From an uncultured delta proteobacterium (GTDB taxonomy: Bacteria > Desulfobacterota > Desulfomonilia > UBA1062), in NCBI GenBank assembly GCA_963798485.1, contig CAWCTR010000004.1:64001-128000 (forward strand): a DNA stretch of 64,000 nt, written 5' to 3'. A program made the translations under genes and the position numbers. Positions 29,703 through 39,188 of the stretch are shown here, one piece after another. Numbering within the stretch: position 1 is the first letter of the stretch; each line of letters opens with the position of its first letter. A model generated the notes under the pieces. The model saw only the letters and a list, made by a program, of their open reading frames with translations. It was not told where the DNA came from and did no database searches.

Positions 29703-30297
29703 GCAGTTTTTAGAGTTCTGGGGTAATATGATGCTCTCCTCAGCCAAGGGCCAGCAGCAGTTTGAAGACATCATGAAGTGGTTCTCGGGCAATTTCACGG
29801 AGTTCAAAGACATCACTTCGACCTTCTGCAAGATGTATGGGCTCGACCCGGAGGCCCAAAATGCACCCGGAAACCTTAATATATGGCAGAAGGCCTTTGA
29901 CGAGTTTCAGAGATCCTTTGGCGAACTTGCCATCATGATGGACTTGGTGCCCAGAAAGGAATACATCGCCCTGTCCCGGGAGAACCAGGACCTGAAGAGA
30001 CGCCTTGCCGAGCTGGAAGAAGGTATGGCCCACCAGAGGGCGCTCCTGGCGGAAAAGACCATTGTTTCAAGCGAGGGGCTCAAGGGTTTCCAGGAGCTCA
30101 TCAGCGAGCAGGCAAAACATTATCAGGATTTCATGAAAAATATAGGCAATATCTTCGAGGAGAAACCCTACTCGCCAGAGGCCCGGCCCGCGCCCGCAGC
30201 TGACAAGCCCAAGCCTGCATCCGCAGGGCCGAAAAAGACTAAGACGAAGGCCGAGGTTGCAACAAATACAACTACGAAAGCTACTAAGAAAAAGTGA
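29695..30297 (+). CDS. PhaE-like coiled-coil protein with a basic P/A/K-rich tail
   Basis: Overlaps the upstream stop (ATGGATAA). MDLVPRKEY...ENQDLKRRLAELEE coiled coil and a histone-like C-terminus. Confidence 0.55.
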   Translation: MDKQFLEFWGNMMLSSAKGQQQFEDIMKWFSGNFTEFKDITSTFCKMYGLDPEAQNAPGNLNIWQKAFDEFQRSFGELAIMMDLVPRKEYIALSRENQDLKRRLAELEEGMAHQRALLAEKTIVSSEGLKGFQELISEQAKHYQDFMKNIGNIFEEKPYSPEARPAPAADKPKPASAGPKKTKTKAEVATNTTTKATKKK

Positions 30298-30502
30298 CCC
30301 TTGAATTTCTTTTGCAACTTCTATTACATATTGACATTCATCCAATACGGATTATCATTATTTATTGTATTATTAGTACGTTTCTCTCTGTCGGGATTCT
30401 TTACCTACAATGTGTTTTATCATGTATTCCCGGTTAACCATGAGAGGCTCAAATCTATCCCATGGTTTCGGTGAGGACACCACATGAGAGGGAGGAAGGA
30501 CG

Positions 30503-30811
30503 ATGAAAAACCGCAGGAGAGATAGACGGGTACATTTCCCGGCCAAAATAGATGCAACCATTACCTACAGCGATGCATTGAAGAAGGTTGCAGGCGGCCT
30601 CATCGGAGACATAAGTACGAACGGCATGTTCATGTTGACAGAAGCTGTCCTTGACAAGGATGCCTATGTGACCATGCGGCTTAACAGCGAAAACTATATT
30701 GGGAAATCTGTCTATATCCAGGGACTTGTTGTCCGCACCGATGACCGCGGAATGGCCATCAGGTTTACCCATGCCGACGATGACGATATTACCACACTTT
30801 TGAGTTATTAA
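30503..30811 (+). CDS. Stand-alone PilZ-domain protein
   Basis: RRRDRR (RxxxR) and DISTNG (DxSxxG) c-di-GMP-binding motifs. Confidence 0.85.
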   Translation: MKNRRRDRRVHFPAKIDATITYSDALKKVAGGLIGDISTNGMFMLTEAVLDKDAYVTMRLNSENYIGKSVYIQGLVVRTDDRGMAIRFTHADDDDITTLLSY

Positions 30812-32054
30812 TCTGTACACATTGAGATTTAATCAAACCATTTTGATTGAATGGTTGGGAATAGCGGTGAATGTTGTAAGCCCCATACTTTGATATTGTA
30901 AAGGAAGGGGCAGGATTTTCGGATGCAATCATGATCTTGCCGACCCCGTTTTGATAGTGGATGACCGTTTTGAAACTTTTAGAAATATCCATGAGATGTG
31001 TAATGATCTTCTTTGCCGGGGTGCCTCTGACGAGCCTGGGTTGGAACCCGACCTCCTGATTGTTTACATTCAGCGGGTACAGGATTACCTGTACCGGGAC
31101 ATTGCCCTTGAACCTTGTAACCGGAGCAAAGCTGAACGTCGCATTATCACTGATGGCGCCGAAGGCATAGTTACCAAGACTGTAAAAGACAGGCCTGCCC
31201 TTGAATATCTCTATGGGCTGCGGTACATGGGGGTGATGGCCCAGCACGATATCCGCCCCTGCATTTATCGCATGATGGGCAAAATCGATTTGATACTTCT
31301 TGGGCTCGCTCTTCAGTTCCTCACCCCAGTGGAAGCTCACTATGAGGATATCCACCCTTGATCTGGCATCCCTGATATCCTGTCCCACTTGCGCCCAGTC
31401 AGGGTGTGCGGTGCCCGGCTTATGGGGGGTTGCCCAGAACTCCTCGGGAAAGGTCAGCGAATATGCCAGGAGGCCATACCGCACCCCGTGCCTTTTTATG
31501 ACAGCGAGGCTGCCGGCTGATGCCAGGTCAGCCCCTGCCCCGGTAAAGACGAGCCTGTTTTTCCGGCACTGCCTGATGGTATCCCTTAGGCCCTTCTCGC
31601 CATAATCCATGATATGGTTATTCGCCAGTGACAGGAGGTTAAAGCCTGCCTTCCTGATGGCGCCGAGCGATTCCGGATCACCCCTGAAGGTGTACTCCTT
31701 GTCTGTGTAGCGGACCCCCTCCATGGTAATGGGATATTCGAGGTTTGCAAATGCAATATCAGCAGAAGCGATAAGCCTCTCAAGGTTTTCATCCTGGAAA
31801 GGATAATCATATCCCTTTGCCTGAAGAAGAGGTTTTGCGCTGCCGGTAAGCATGATATCGCCGACTGCGAGCACACAGTGTACTTGCAGCGCACTCTCAT
31901 CACCCGTCTTGCTGTGAACATCACCGAATAAGGCACTGGGATACCAGGAAAGCATTGTCAGTATAATGCAGATGGGCAGTATGGGGAGTGTTGCCCGTGA
32001 TATTTTACAGGGCAGGAAAAGACGGGTGTTCCTTCTGTCAACCCCTTGATACAC
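30789..32054 (-). CDS. CapA-family metallophosphoesterase-fold protein
   Basis: AVGDIM, ANLE, LANNHIMDYG, HWGEE, GHHPHV and YSLGN motifs. Confidence 0.9.
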   Translation of the reverse strand: MYQGVDRRNTRLFLPCKISRATLPILPICIILTMLSWYPSALFGDVHSKTGDESALQVHCVLAVGDIMLTGSAKPLLQAKGYDYPFQDENLERLIASADIAFANLEYPITMEGVRYTDKEYTFRGDPESLGAIRKAGFNLLSLANNHIMDYGEKGLRDTIRQCRKNRLVFTGAGADLASAGSLAVIKRHGVRYGLLAYSLTFPEEFWATPHKPGTAHPDWAQVGQDIRDARSRVDILIVSFHWGEELKSEPKKYQIDFAHHAINAGADIVLGHHPHVPQPIEIFKGRPVFYSLGNYAFGAISDNATFSFAPVTRFKGNVPVQVILYPLNVNNQEVGFQPRLVRGTPAKKIITHLMDISKSFKTVIHYQNGVGKIMIASENPAPSFTISKYGAYNIHRYSQPFNQNGLIKSQCVQINNSKVW

Positions 32055-33420
32055 GTCGTTGTTTGCCTGCGCTCTTCTTTGAAGGGAATTTTTGTGAGCA
32101 GATATCGAGGTTCTCCGGGTTTATATATGTCCCCCGGTGAGTAATGCGGAAATCGAGGTGAGGACCTGTTGCAAGCCCTGTCATGCCCACATATCCTATT
32201 GTCTCACCCTTGCGCACCCTTTTTCCAAGCATGAGGTTCTGGGAATAATGGGAGAGATGCCCGTACTGCGAGATGTACCCATTGGAATGCATGATGCGGA
32301 TGGTCTTGCCGAAGCCCCCATCCCACCCAACATAATTCACCCGTCCTGGTCCTATGGAATGTACCGGGGTCCCGGTTGGGGCAGAGTAATCAATGCCGAG
32401 ATGGGGTTGGGCCAAATTGGTAAAGGGATCTACCCTGGAGTAACTGAACCCGGATGATATCCGCCGATAGGTGAGTGGCACCCTAAGGAAGGTGGCCTCA
32501 TCGGCTTTTGCCATGCGGGCTTTACGTGTCTTCTTGGATCGAGCGTTTCTATGGAGTATAGGCCCATTCTTCTTGTCAGGGGCATGGAATTTTGTTGATG
32601 ACAGGTCTTGATTCCCGGCATCTGCAGGATTGTCCACTGCCGTTGTTGTTAAGGAATCTTTGTCCAATGGCGGCAGTTCAGGGGATAGCACCAGACCGCT
32701 TGCCAACAACTCGTAAGGGCTCTGGGTGGTTGTGCGTACACTATCAGGCAGGCCGCAGTTATAGGATGAGAATGTTTTTATGGTGTTTCCGGTCGTTACT
32801 GAGGCAACGGGTTTTATTTGAGGGAGAGATGACTTGGCAGAGGCCTGACGGTTCTTTAACGGTTGATTCGGTCTTACGCCAGGTTGGTTTTTTTGAGTGA
32901 AGAGAGTATTTGGTCTTGCCTGAACGAGTCTTATAACCTTGCCGTTATACAGGACAACCTTTTTTCTGCTGGACGGCGTATAGTTAATCTCCTGAAGGCC
33001 CGTGCCATCCTGGCTGAAATAGAACTCAAGCTCGCCGCCCGGCCGCATCTTGGTGAGCTTATATACACGGAAAGCCTTTTTCGAGATGTACAGGGCGTCT
33101 TTCCTTGATACACCGGCCTTCACCAGGATGTCACAGAATACATCGCCTTTCTGTATGACATATACGTTCATGGGTTTTGTCGATGGGGCAGGGGGGATTT
33201 TATGGGCAAGCTGTTCCTTCACCAGTCCCGCCCCGGTTGGTGAAGAAGTCATGCCGGTGCTGGCGTACAGGACAGAAGGCAGGAAGATTTGCCCCAGGAG
33301 ACCTGCTATGCATACAAACAAGATATTCCGCACGCAGAATATTTTCATGTCTTTTATCATGGGATGGAACCTCCCCGCAGAATTCCCTGATAGATCTATC
33401 AGGCTCAATAACATTAACAA
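32038..33420 (-). CDS. M23-family peptidoglycan endopeptidase with an N-terminal LysM/OapA-like domain (start uncertain)
   Basis: HLGIDYSAPTGTP, YGHLS and ATGPHLDF motifs, with N-terminal YVIQKGD. Confidence 0.88.
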   Translation of the reverse strand: MLMLLSLIDLSGNSAGRFHPMIKDMKIFCVRNILFVCIAGLLGQIFLPSVLYASTGMTSSPTGAGLVKEQLAHKIPPAPSTKPMNVYVIQKGDVFCDILVKAGVSRKDALYISKKAFRVYKLTKMRPGGELEFYFSQDGTGLQEINYTPSSRKKVVLYNGKVIRLVQARPNTLFTQKNQPGVRPNQPLKNRQASAKSSLPQIKPVASVTTGNTIKTFSSYNCGLPDSVRTTTQSPYELLASGLVLSPELPPLDKDSLTTTAVDNPADAGNQDLSSTKFHAPDKKNGPILHRNARSKKTRKARMAKADEATFLRVPLTYRRISSGFSYSRVDPFTNLAQPHLGIDYSAPTGTPVHSIGPGRVNYVGWDGGFGKTIRIMHSNGYISQYGHLSHYSQNLMLGKRVRKGETIGYVGMTGLATGPHLDFRITHRGTYINPENLDICSQKFPSKKSAGKQRRVSRG

Positions 33421-33517
33421 CGGCTATACTATGGAGGAAAGAGAAATGCAAGTTCAGTTAATAATTTAATGATATCAATATGATATTCAGGAAATATGCA
33501 TTCTCGTATTTTATAGT

Positions 33518-33793
33518 TTAACGCATGTCGCTGCCGCCGGGTGGCAACTCGGTGGCAGGCTTGGTGAAGTCGCCTTTGCGCTTATCCCTGTCCCGCTTCC
33601 TCTCCTGGCAGAGGAAAAGCAGTGCGGCGGCATTGGCCTTTACATGGGCAAACAGGCTTTCCGGCCCTGTGTATTTTTCATAGTGCTCCAGATTATATTC
33701 AAGATCCTTGATGGCCTTGGCCAGGGCCTCCTCATGCATACTGTGCTTTTTCTGTACCATGATCTTTTTGGCTTGGGCTTCAAATTCATCCAT
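33518..33793 (-). CDS. Hypothetical protein (91 aa)
   Basis: AGGAGG RBS, helical composition, co-oriented with neighbours. Confidence 0.55.
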   Translation of the reverse strand: MDEFEAQAKKIMVQKKHSMHEEALAKAIKDLEYNLEHYEKYTGPESLFAHVKANAAALLFLCQERKRDRDKRKGDFTKPATELPPGGSDMR

Positions 33794-33841
33794 GGCAATC
33801 CTCCTTTGGGTTTAATGAGATGCCGGCAAGCAATGGCCCGG

Positions 33842-34165
33842 TCAATTCTTAGGCACAGTGTTCTTATCGGCCTTCTCGATCTTATCGTTTTTTTCCACCT
33901 TGTCAACCTTCTCGTCAACCGACCACTTGTATTCGGATACCTCGACCTTCTTCTTGGTTTCCACCCGCTTCACCGGCACCGGTTTGAGGGTTATTTCATA
34001 GAGCTTGCCCTCGCCCGTGTAATTATCCAATGCATCTTTTAAGGACTGATAGATCTCGATCTTCTGGCTGCCGAACATGGTGTCCTTTATAATTGCATAT
34101 TCTTTTGCAGATGCCGCACTTGTGATGATAAGAACGGCCACGCAGAGCATGAATAATTTTCTCAT
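33842..34165 (-). CDS. Secreted hypothetical protein
   Basis: Signal peptide (…SAASA) and GGGGG RBS. Confidence 0.65.
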   Translation of the reverse strand: MRKLFMLCVAVLIITSAASAKEYAIIKDTMFGSQKIEIYQSLKDALDNYTGEGKLYEITLKPVPVKRVETKKKVEVSEYKWSVDEKVDKVEKNDKIEKADKNTVPKN

Positions 34166-34284
34166 AGCCTATCCCCCCTTCATCATCTAAGTGTTTTTTG
34201 TCCGGTATTTTCACAGATATGTCAATCGGAACATAGACGATAGGGTTACAGGCATCGGGCATTAAGTCAAAGAAATGGTTGCAG

Positions 34285-35439
34285 TCACCTCCGGCCTAAA
34301 GCCTTCTCAGCCAGAGTCTCTTTATATTTTTCGAAACACATCCGCTCAATGGAAGAGAGCCTTTCAAAGGCCTTTTGGAAAGAGATTGCAGAGCTTGTAA
34401 AGACCCCGTGACCGTGGACAATGGCTGCATGGCCCGCTTGCATGGCCTGAGGCAATGTGTGCACAAGCCCACGACTTCCTGCGCCGACCTCGCCGGCCAC
34501 CACGGGCACATCGCCGACGGTTCTCGTTTGCCCGAACTGCAATGGCTCGCCCGCCATGGACATGATCACCGAGAATCGAGGATGGCCGTGCAGGATAGCC
34601 GTATCACCGGTGAGTTCATATATCTTCACATGGGCTGAGAGTTCGGATGACGAAGTGAGCTCGCATGTGGAGGAACCATCCAGAGGCACACAGTCTATGC
34701 GGCCCGGCAGCTCATCCAGGGAGGATCCTGTCTGGGAGATGTAGATGAGGGAGTCTTTCCTGAAGGATATGTTGCCGAAAAAGGAATCCACCAGTCGTGC
34801 AGCCACGGTTGCCTTGCCTGCGTCGTCCATGGCCTTAATGATGCCGGCCTCGTCAATGGGCCTTTTTCCGGAGAGGGGGTTCGAGAAGGCAGGTGTGTCG
34901 AACGGTAAGAGGAAGCCGCCGCAGGCATCGATCTGCCGTGCTGATGGTTTTGCAATATCGCCAAGGCCTTGCAAACCCAAGAGGATGTCGGCAAAGAATT
35001 TGACAAAGCAGGCGAAGCATATGGAGCTCATAACAATGAAGGCCTGCTCAAGTGATACGGTGCCGGTAGTAATGATACCGAGGTCCTTGACAATGCATCC
35101 CTTTCGGGAATTCAGGGCGCAGGCGACGAGGCCCGGATCAAACGAGTCGACCACCGGTATATCGTGAATAAAGGTAAGGCTCTCGGTGTCCTTAGGGGAG
35201 ATGAGGCCAGGGTTTGCAAGGACCAGTTCGCTGATGATCGCCCACCTGAGTGGATCGGGCCTGGCGATGAGCAGGCTGTTGATAGCGAGGTCATCGAACA
35301 GGGCGCTGACCTTATCAGGTATCCTATCGTTGTTGGAGTAGATCTCATCGTCCAGGCCGTAAAGCTGCGCATCAGCCGGGGCGGTTATGAGGCCGTGGTC
35401 CAGCAGTTTCTTAAGATATTTGTTCACCTGGTCCTGCAT
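34285..35439 (-). CDS. Class II aldolase/adducin-family protein with an extra N-terminal aldolase-like domain
   Basis: GNISFR, SSELSAH, ILHGHP and HGHGVFT zinc-site motifs in the C-terminal half. Overlaps the aor 3' end. Confidence 0.8.
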   Translation of the reverse strand: MQDQVNKYLKKLLDHGLITAPADAQLYGLDDEIYSNNDRIPDKVSALFDDLAINSLLIARPDPLRWAIISELVLANPGLISPKDTESLTFIHDIPVVDSFDPGLVACALNSRKGCIVKDLGIITTGTVSLEQAFIVMSSICFACFVKFFADILLGLQGLGDIAKPSARQIDACGGFLLPFDTPAFSNPLSGKRPIDEAGIIKAMDDAGKATVAARLVDSFFGNISFRKDSLIYISQTGSSLDELPGRIDCVPLDGSSTCELTSSSELSAHVKIYELTGDTAILHGHPRFSVIMSMAGEPLQFGQTRTVGDVPVVAGEVGAGSRGLVHTLPQAMQAGHAAIVHGHGVFTSSAISFQKAFERLSSIERMCFEKYKETLAEKALGRR

Positions 35440-37181
35440 ACACCCAGGTCCTTCATGCGCGTCTCGGTGAGAGTGCCGTCTTCGTTGCATCCGCGAATCC
35501 GGTAGTATCTGGAAAGGGCCTCATCAAAGGCCGCCCTGTTAATGGGTAGGATGTCAATGCCCGGGCCGTTCGTACCGGGCTCTTTATAGAAACGCTCCGG
35601 GAGCATGTCGTCCTTGCGGGTGAACCCTCTAATGGTGTTGATATGACGTTCAAGGGTATAGATATTGTCCCCGATCTTAAGCAGGTCCTGGGTGTCGTAT
35701 TGAAGCCCGGTTACCGCAGCGAATCCCTTTGCATATTCTTCAAGCGTGGCGCCCAGGTATGCAAACTTGCAGGTGCCTATGGAATCGATGACGGCATTGA
35801 GGTCCTCTGCTAGTTTGATGATCCTTGCCTTGCCGGAAAAGGAGAAGCGGTCTGTGGCAACAGGCTTGCCAAGGATCTCATGGGCGATGGGGTAGGCCCT
35901 GAGGTGGCATCCGCCACGACTTGAGGTGCCATAGGCCAGCGCCATGCCATAGGCCCCCCTCGGGTCATAGGCGGGCAGTTCCAGTCTTTTGACGCTCATG
36001 GATTTGTCAGGTGCACCGAGCTCGAGGGCAAGGGCTGCAGACCCCATCATCAAAAGTCCTGAATCCTTTTGGGCGCCCAGGATGTCGCGCACCTTTCTCA
36101 CAAGGACCTTTCCGGTATAACGCTCACCTCTTATCTCGGCCAGGCATGCTATGGTGGAGGCCGCGGTTATGGTGTCCATGCCGGTCTCGTTGCAGATATG
36201 GTTTGCCTCGATGATGGACCCGAGGTCGTCATTTTCGTTGAGTGCGCCAAAGTGCGACAACGTCTCGTACTCGGGTATCTCCCTCATAGACTTCTGCTTG
36301 CAGGCAATGGGGCAGCCGTGGCAGGCATAGTGTTTCGGCTGTTCCTTTGAGCGTATGGTAGGGCCGCTGAAGGATTTGTACCCTTCAAAGAAGGTCCTGC
36401 GGAAATTGGCTGTAGGCATCATATAACGGGATGCTATGAGGTCTACCAGGGCGCTTGTGCCGTAGGCGCTGATCCCCGACCTTCCCATGATGAAAGGCGT
36501 TGCATCGAAGAGCCGTATGATGTCTTTGCGGGCAATCTCTTCTGCCTGGGGGTCATGGACCTCGGCATGTGCGCTGCCGCTGCCGCATACCGTAATGGCC
36601 CTGAGGTTTTTTGATGCCATCACAAGGCCCAGACCTCCCCTTCCTGAGGCAAAACAGGAGTCCACCATGATGGAGGCATACCGGCAGCCCTTGAATGCGG
36701 CCTCTCCCACGGCTGCAGTAGAACCCTTGCGTGAGTCCAATTTTTTGAACACGGCGGACAACGGTGTTTCGGCTGCCAAAGAGACTTCTTCAAAGCTAAC
36801 TGTCTCATCTTGGACACATACAACGAGCTGCTTATCACCCCTGCCGGTTATATGGATGAGGTCAATGCCCGCTTTCTTCATCTGCAAGGCCAGAGAGCCG
36901 CCTACGGAGCAGCTGAACACCGTGTTGGTAAGGGGCGAGAAGGCCGAGATCATCATGCGGCTCGCAGAAGGGATGCGTGAGGCTGTGAGTGCGCCGATGG
37001 CAAAAATAAGCGGGGCATGGGCATCACATGCCTTTAGTGATGGCGTATTATGAAGAAAATAGGCGCCTATGCCCCTCCCGCCGAGGTATATCCCGGCCAA
37101 GGCAGGGTCGAGCCTTTCCCTGCGGGAGCGCCTTGCGGCCATGTCGATAAAGAGGCAGACAAGTGAAAATTCCTTATGCAT
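35424..37181 (-). CDS. aor: Aldehyde:ferredoxin oxidoreductase (tungsten AOR family)
   Basis: YLGGRG, GRGGLGLVMASKNL, CHGCPIAC, PEYET, YDPRG and RGGCHL motifs. Confidence 0.92.
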   Translation of the reverse strand: MHKEFSLVCLFIDMAARRSRRERLDPALAGIYLGGRGIGAYFLHNTPSLKACDAHAPLIFAIGALTASRIPSASRMMISAFSPLTNTVFSCSVGGSLALQMKKAGIDLIHITGRGDKQLVVCVQDETVSFEEVSLAAETPLSAVFKKLDSRKGSTAAVGEAAFKGCRYASIMVDSCFASGRGGLGLVMASKNLRAITVCGSGSAHAEVHDPQAEEIARKDIIRLFDATPFIMGRSGISAYGTSALVDLIASRYMMPTANFRRTFFEGYKSFSGPTIRSKEQPKHYACHGCPIACKQKSMREIPEYETLSHFGALNENDDLGSIIEANHICNETGMDTITAASTIACLAEIRGERYTGKVLVRKVRDILGAQKDSGLLMMGSAALALELGAPDKSMSVKRLELPAYDPRGAYGMALAYGTSSRGGCHLRAYPIAHEILGKPVATDRFSFSGKARIIKLAEDLNAVIDSIGTCKFAYLGATLEEYAKGFAAVTGLQYDTQDLLKIGDNIYTLERHINTIRGFTRKDDMLPERFYKEPGTNGPGIDILPINRAAFDEALSRYYRIRGCNEDGTLTETRMKDLGVCRTR

Positions 37182-37328
37182 GGGCGCCTAGTGTAATGTA
37201 ATCTTCCCTCAAGCTCAACGGGAATGAGCCAGATTATGGCTTTTCATAGAGAATGCCGTCCTAAGTTGCCAGGGCCTGTTAAGTGTGATAATGCTTGTAA
37301 GCTACTAGTAATAAGGAGGACGAAAACT

Positions 37329-37523
37329 ATGATTAGCACATCGCATCTTCTCATCCTGCTGGTTATCGTACTTGTTATCTTTGGCGCCGGCAAGCTGCCC
37401 GAGGTGGGAAGCGCCCTGGGAAAGGGTATCAAGAATTTCAAATCCGCTATGGATGAAACCCCCGGGAGCAAGGAGGCGAAAGGCGATATCGAGGACAAGA
37501 ATAAAGGGCAGAAGGCAGACTGA
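37329..37523 (+). CDS. tatA: Twin-arginine translocase subunit TatA/E
   Basis: [31 protein letters not shown], with AAGGAGG RBS. Confidence 0.93.
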   Translation: MISTSHLLILLVIVLVIFGAGKLPEVGSALGKGIKNFKSAMDETPGSKEAKGDIEDKNKGQKAD

Positions 37524-37587
37524 CAGTGAAGGCCCATCTGTAATAGCCAAGATCCGACCATACATCAAACTCTTATAAGGGGTTCGT

Positions 37588-37945
37588 ATGGAGATAAGCA
37601 AACGATGGTGTGTTGTAGTGCTTATGGCACTTTTAGCCCTGTGTTTCTCATCAAACCTCCTTGCGGTTGATATCGGCGTGGCCTGGGAGGGAAAGTCCGG
37701 GATGGCGAACAATGTCATAAAGGGCTTTGCCGAAGGGATCAAGGGAGCGGGCATCAATAATGAAAAAGATTCTGCCTTCGATGAAGTCGGTGATGCTCCT
37801 CATGGAAAAAGGACACCCTTCCGCCCCCATAGAAGAGGAAGAAACAAAAGCGGCCTGCATTGCATTCAAAATATCCTACCATGGCAAAATGTGTTCATCT
37901 GTGGATGAGATCCTGACTGCCGTGAAGGAAAATAAAGACTCTGAA
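37588..37945 (+). pseudogene. Frameshifted, internally deleted ABC-type substrate-binding protein remnant
   Basis: Signal peptide plus IGVAWEGKSGMANNVIKGFAEGIK in one frame continues as IMKKILPSMKSVMLLMEKGHPSA in another frame near 37745. Confidence 0.55.
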
Positions 37946-38167
37946 CGGGAACACATACAAGAAGCTCGGCCTTCAGATACCGCCCAATGTTCTGGGTGCA
38001 GCAAAGATCATTCAGTAAAAATTTTACCCTCTCTCCTCTTCCGGGGAGAGAGGGTCTTTCTGTATCATATTGAATATACAAGCTCCATGTTTATCTAATA
38101 CATATTCTTAAAAGGCTTCGGCCCCACCAGTTTATTTCCAACTAGCCGTTATTTCACATAGAACGAT

Positions 38168-38298
38168 ATAGGGACAGCGCCTATTTTATATTGATAAAAT
38201 AGTGTCCATTTGGTAAGCTTTACGTATGACGCGAATTACAAGGGTTGTAGCCCCCATGGGACCGAAAAAGGAGGAGGTTAAATAGGCGCTGTCCTTAT
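38168..38298 (+). mobile_element. Miniature element: internally deleted REP-associated tyrosine transposase (RAYT/Y1) flanked by inverted repeats
   Basis: Perfect 15-bp inverted repeats GGACAGCGCCTATTT (38172) and AAATAGGCGCTGTCC (38280). Internal mini-ORF 38226-38285 reads MTRITRVVAPMGPKKEEVK. Confidence 0.6.
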
Positions 38299-38356
38299 TA
38301 TTCCCACAATGTGAGAACAATTTTCAAATAAAATAATATTATGGAAGGAGAAGTAT

Positions 38357-38923
38357 ATGGGCAAAAGGATGAAGATGGCAATTGTTTTGCTGGCGGCATT
38401 AATGGTGATCCCGTGCGGGTTGTTCGCAGCAGGTTCCTACGAGGGGCTGACGGCGCGGGTGGGCATAGGCCATTTGACCGACAGCGATATTGGCGATTAT
38501 GCAAAGATGCCTCTTGATATTTTTGTGGACTATGATATTCCCCTACCGACTGTCCATGAGGTGACCATACGCCCGAATATCGGCCTGATCTATATAAAAG
38601 GCAAAGATGAGGCGGATGGGATGACTATCAAGGAGATCCCTGTCATGGTCGACGCAGTGTACCATATCAGCCAGCCGGGCATGCAGGTGAGGCCGTATTT
38701 TGGAGCAGGCCTCGGGTTTATCCATGGAACGCTGAGCGGTACCGAAGATAATGATGGGAGTGAAACAAGATTTGCCTTTGGTTTTTTGGGTGGGGTGGAG
38801 TTCCCCCTGAGCCCGACCGGCAGCTTTGTAGCGCAGCTGGATTACATCTTGTGCCATTCTGATAAGTTGGATGTAGACATGGATATGTTCAATCTCTCTG
38901 TGGGGTATAAGTTCCGCTTCTAA
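38357..38923 (+). CDS. Outer-membrane beta-barrel protein (OmpW/OmpA-like 8-stranded)
   Basis: Signal peptide, RPYFGAGLG and terminal VGYKFRF. Confidence 0.88.
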   Translation: MGKRMKMAIVLLAALMVIPCGLFAAGSYEGLTARVGIGHLTDSDIGDYAKMPLDIFVDYDIPLPTVHEVTIRPNIGLIYIKGKDEADGMTIKEIPVMVDAVYHISQPGMQVRPYFGAGLGFIHGTLSGTEDNDGSETRFAFGFLGGVEFPLSPTGSFVAQLDYILCHSDKLDVDMDMFNLSVGYKFRF

Positions 38924-38971
38924 ACACAGCGGGTAACAAGAAGCAAACATTTAAGAGAAATTCATCTTGCC

Positions 38972-39038
38972 TGTCACCCCCGCGGAAGCGGTGTCTGGGA
39001 AAGTTTATAACACCGGGCCCCGCTTCCGCGAGGCATAC
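38972..39038. repeat. Degenerate REP-like palindrome pair
   Basis: GTCACCCCCGCGGAAGCGG...CCGCTTCCGCG, the same family as the 53050-53165 element. Confidence 0.6.
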
Positions 39039-39188
39039 ATCACGTAACTTCCAGGAGAGAAATTAGGGGTTCACATTATTACCTTGCAAGGATGAAAGAG
39101 AGAAACGTTCCCTTTTCTTCCCAAAAGATTATCCGGTTTTTCATGTTGCCCATTGATTCATCCATGAAGCTGTGGTGAGATCACCTCT

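Noticed and set aside
30298-30502. Possible riboswitch or sRNA upstream of the PilZ gene
   Set aside because: An AT-rich promoter-like region with no recognisable c-di-GMP riboswitch motif or stable stem.
30789-32054. Poly-gamma-glutamate capsule locus
   Set aside because: Only a CapA-family gene is present, with no capB/capC; stand-alone CapA proteins are common.
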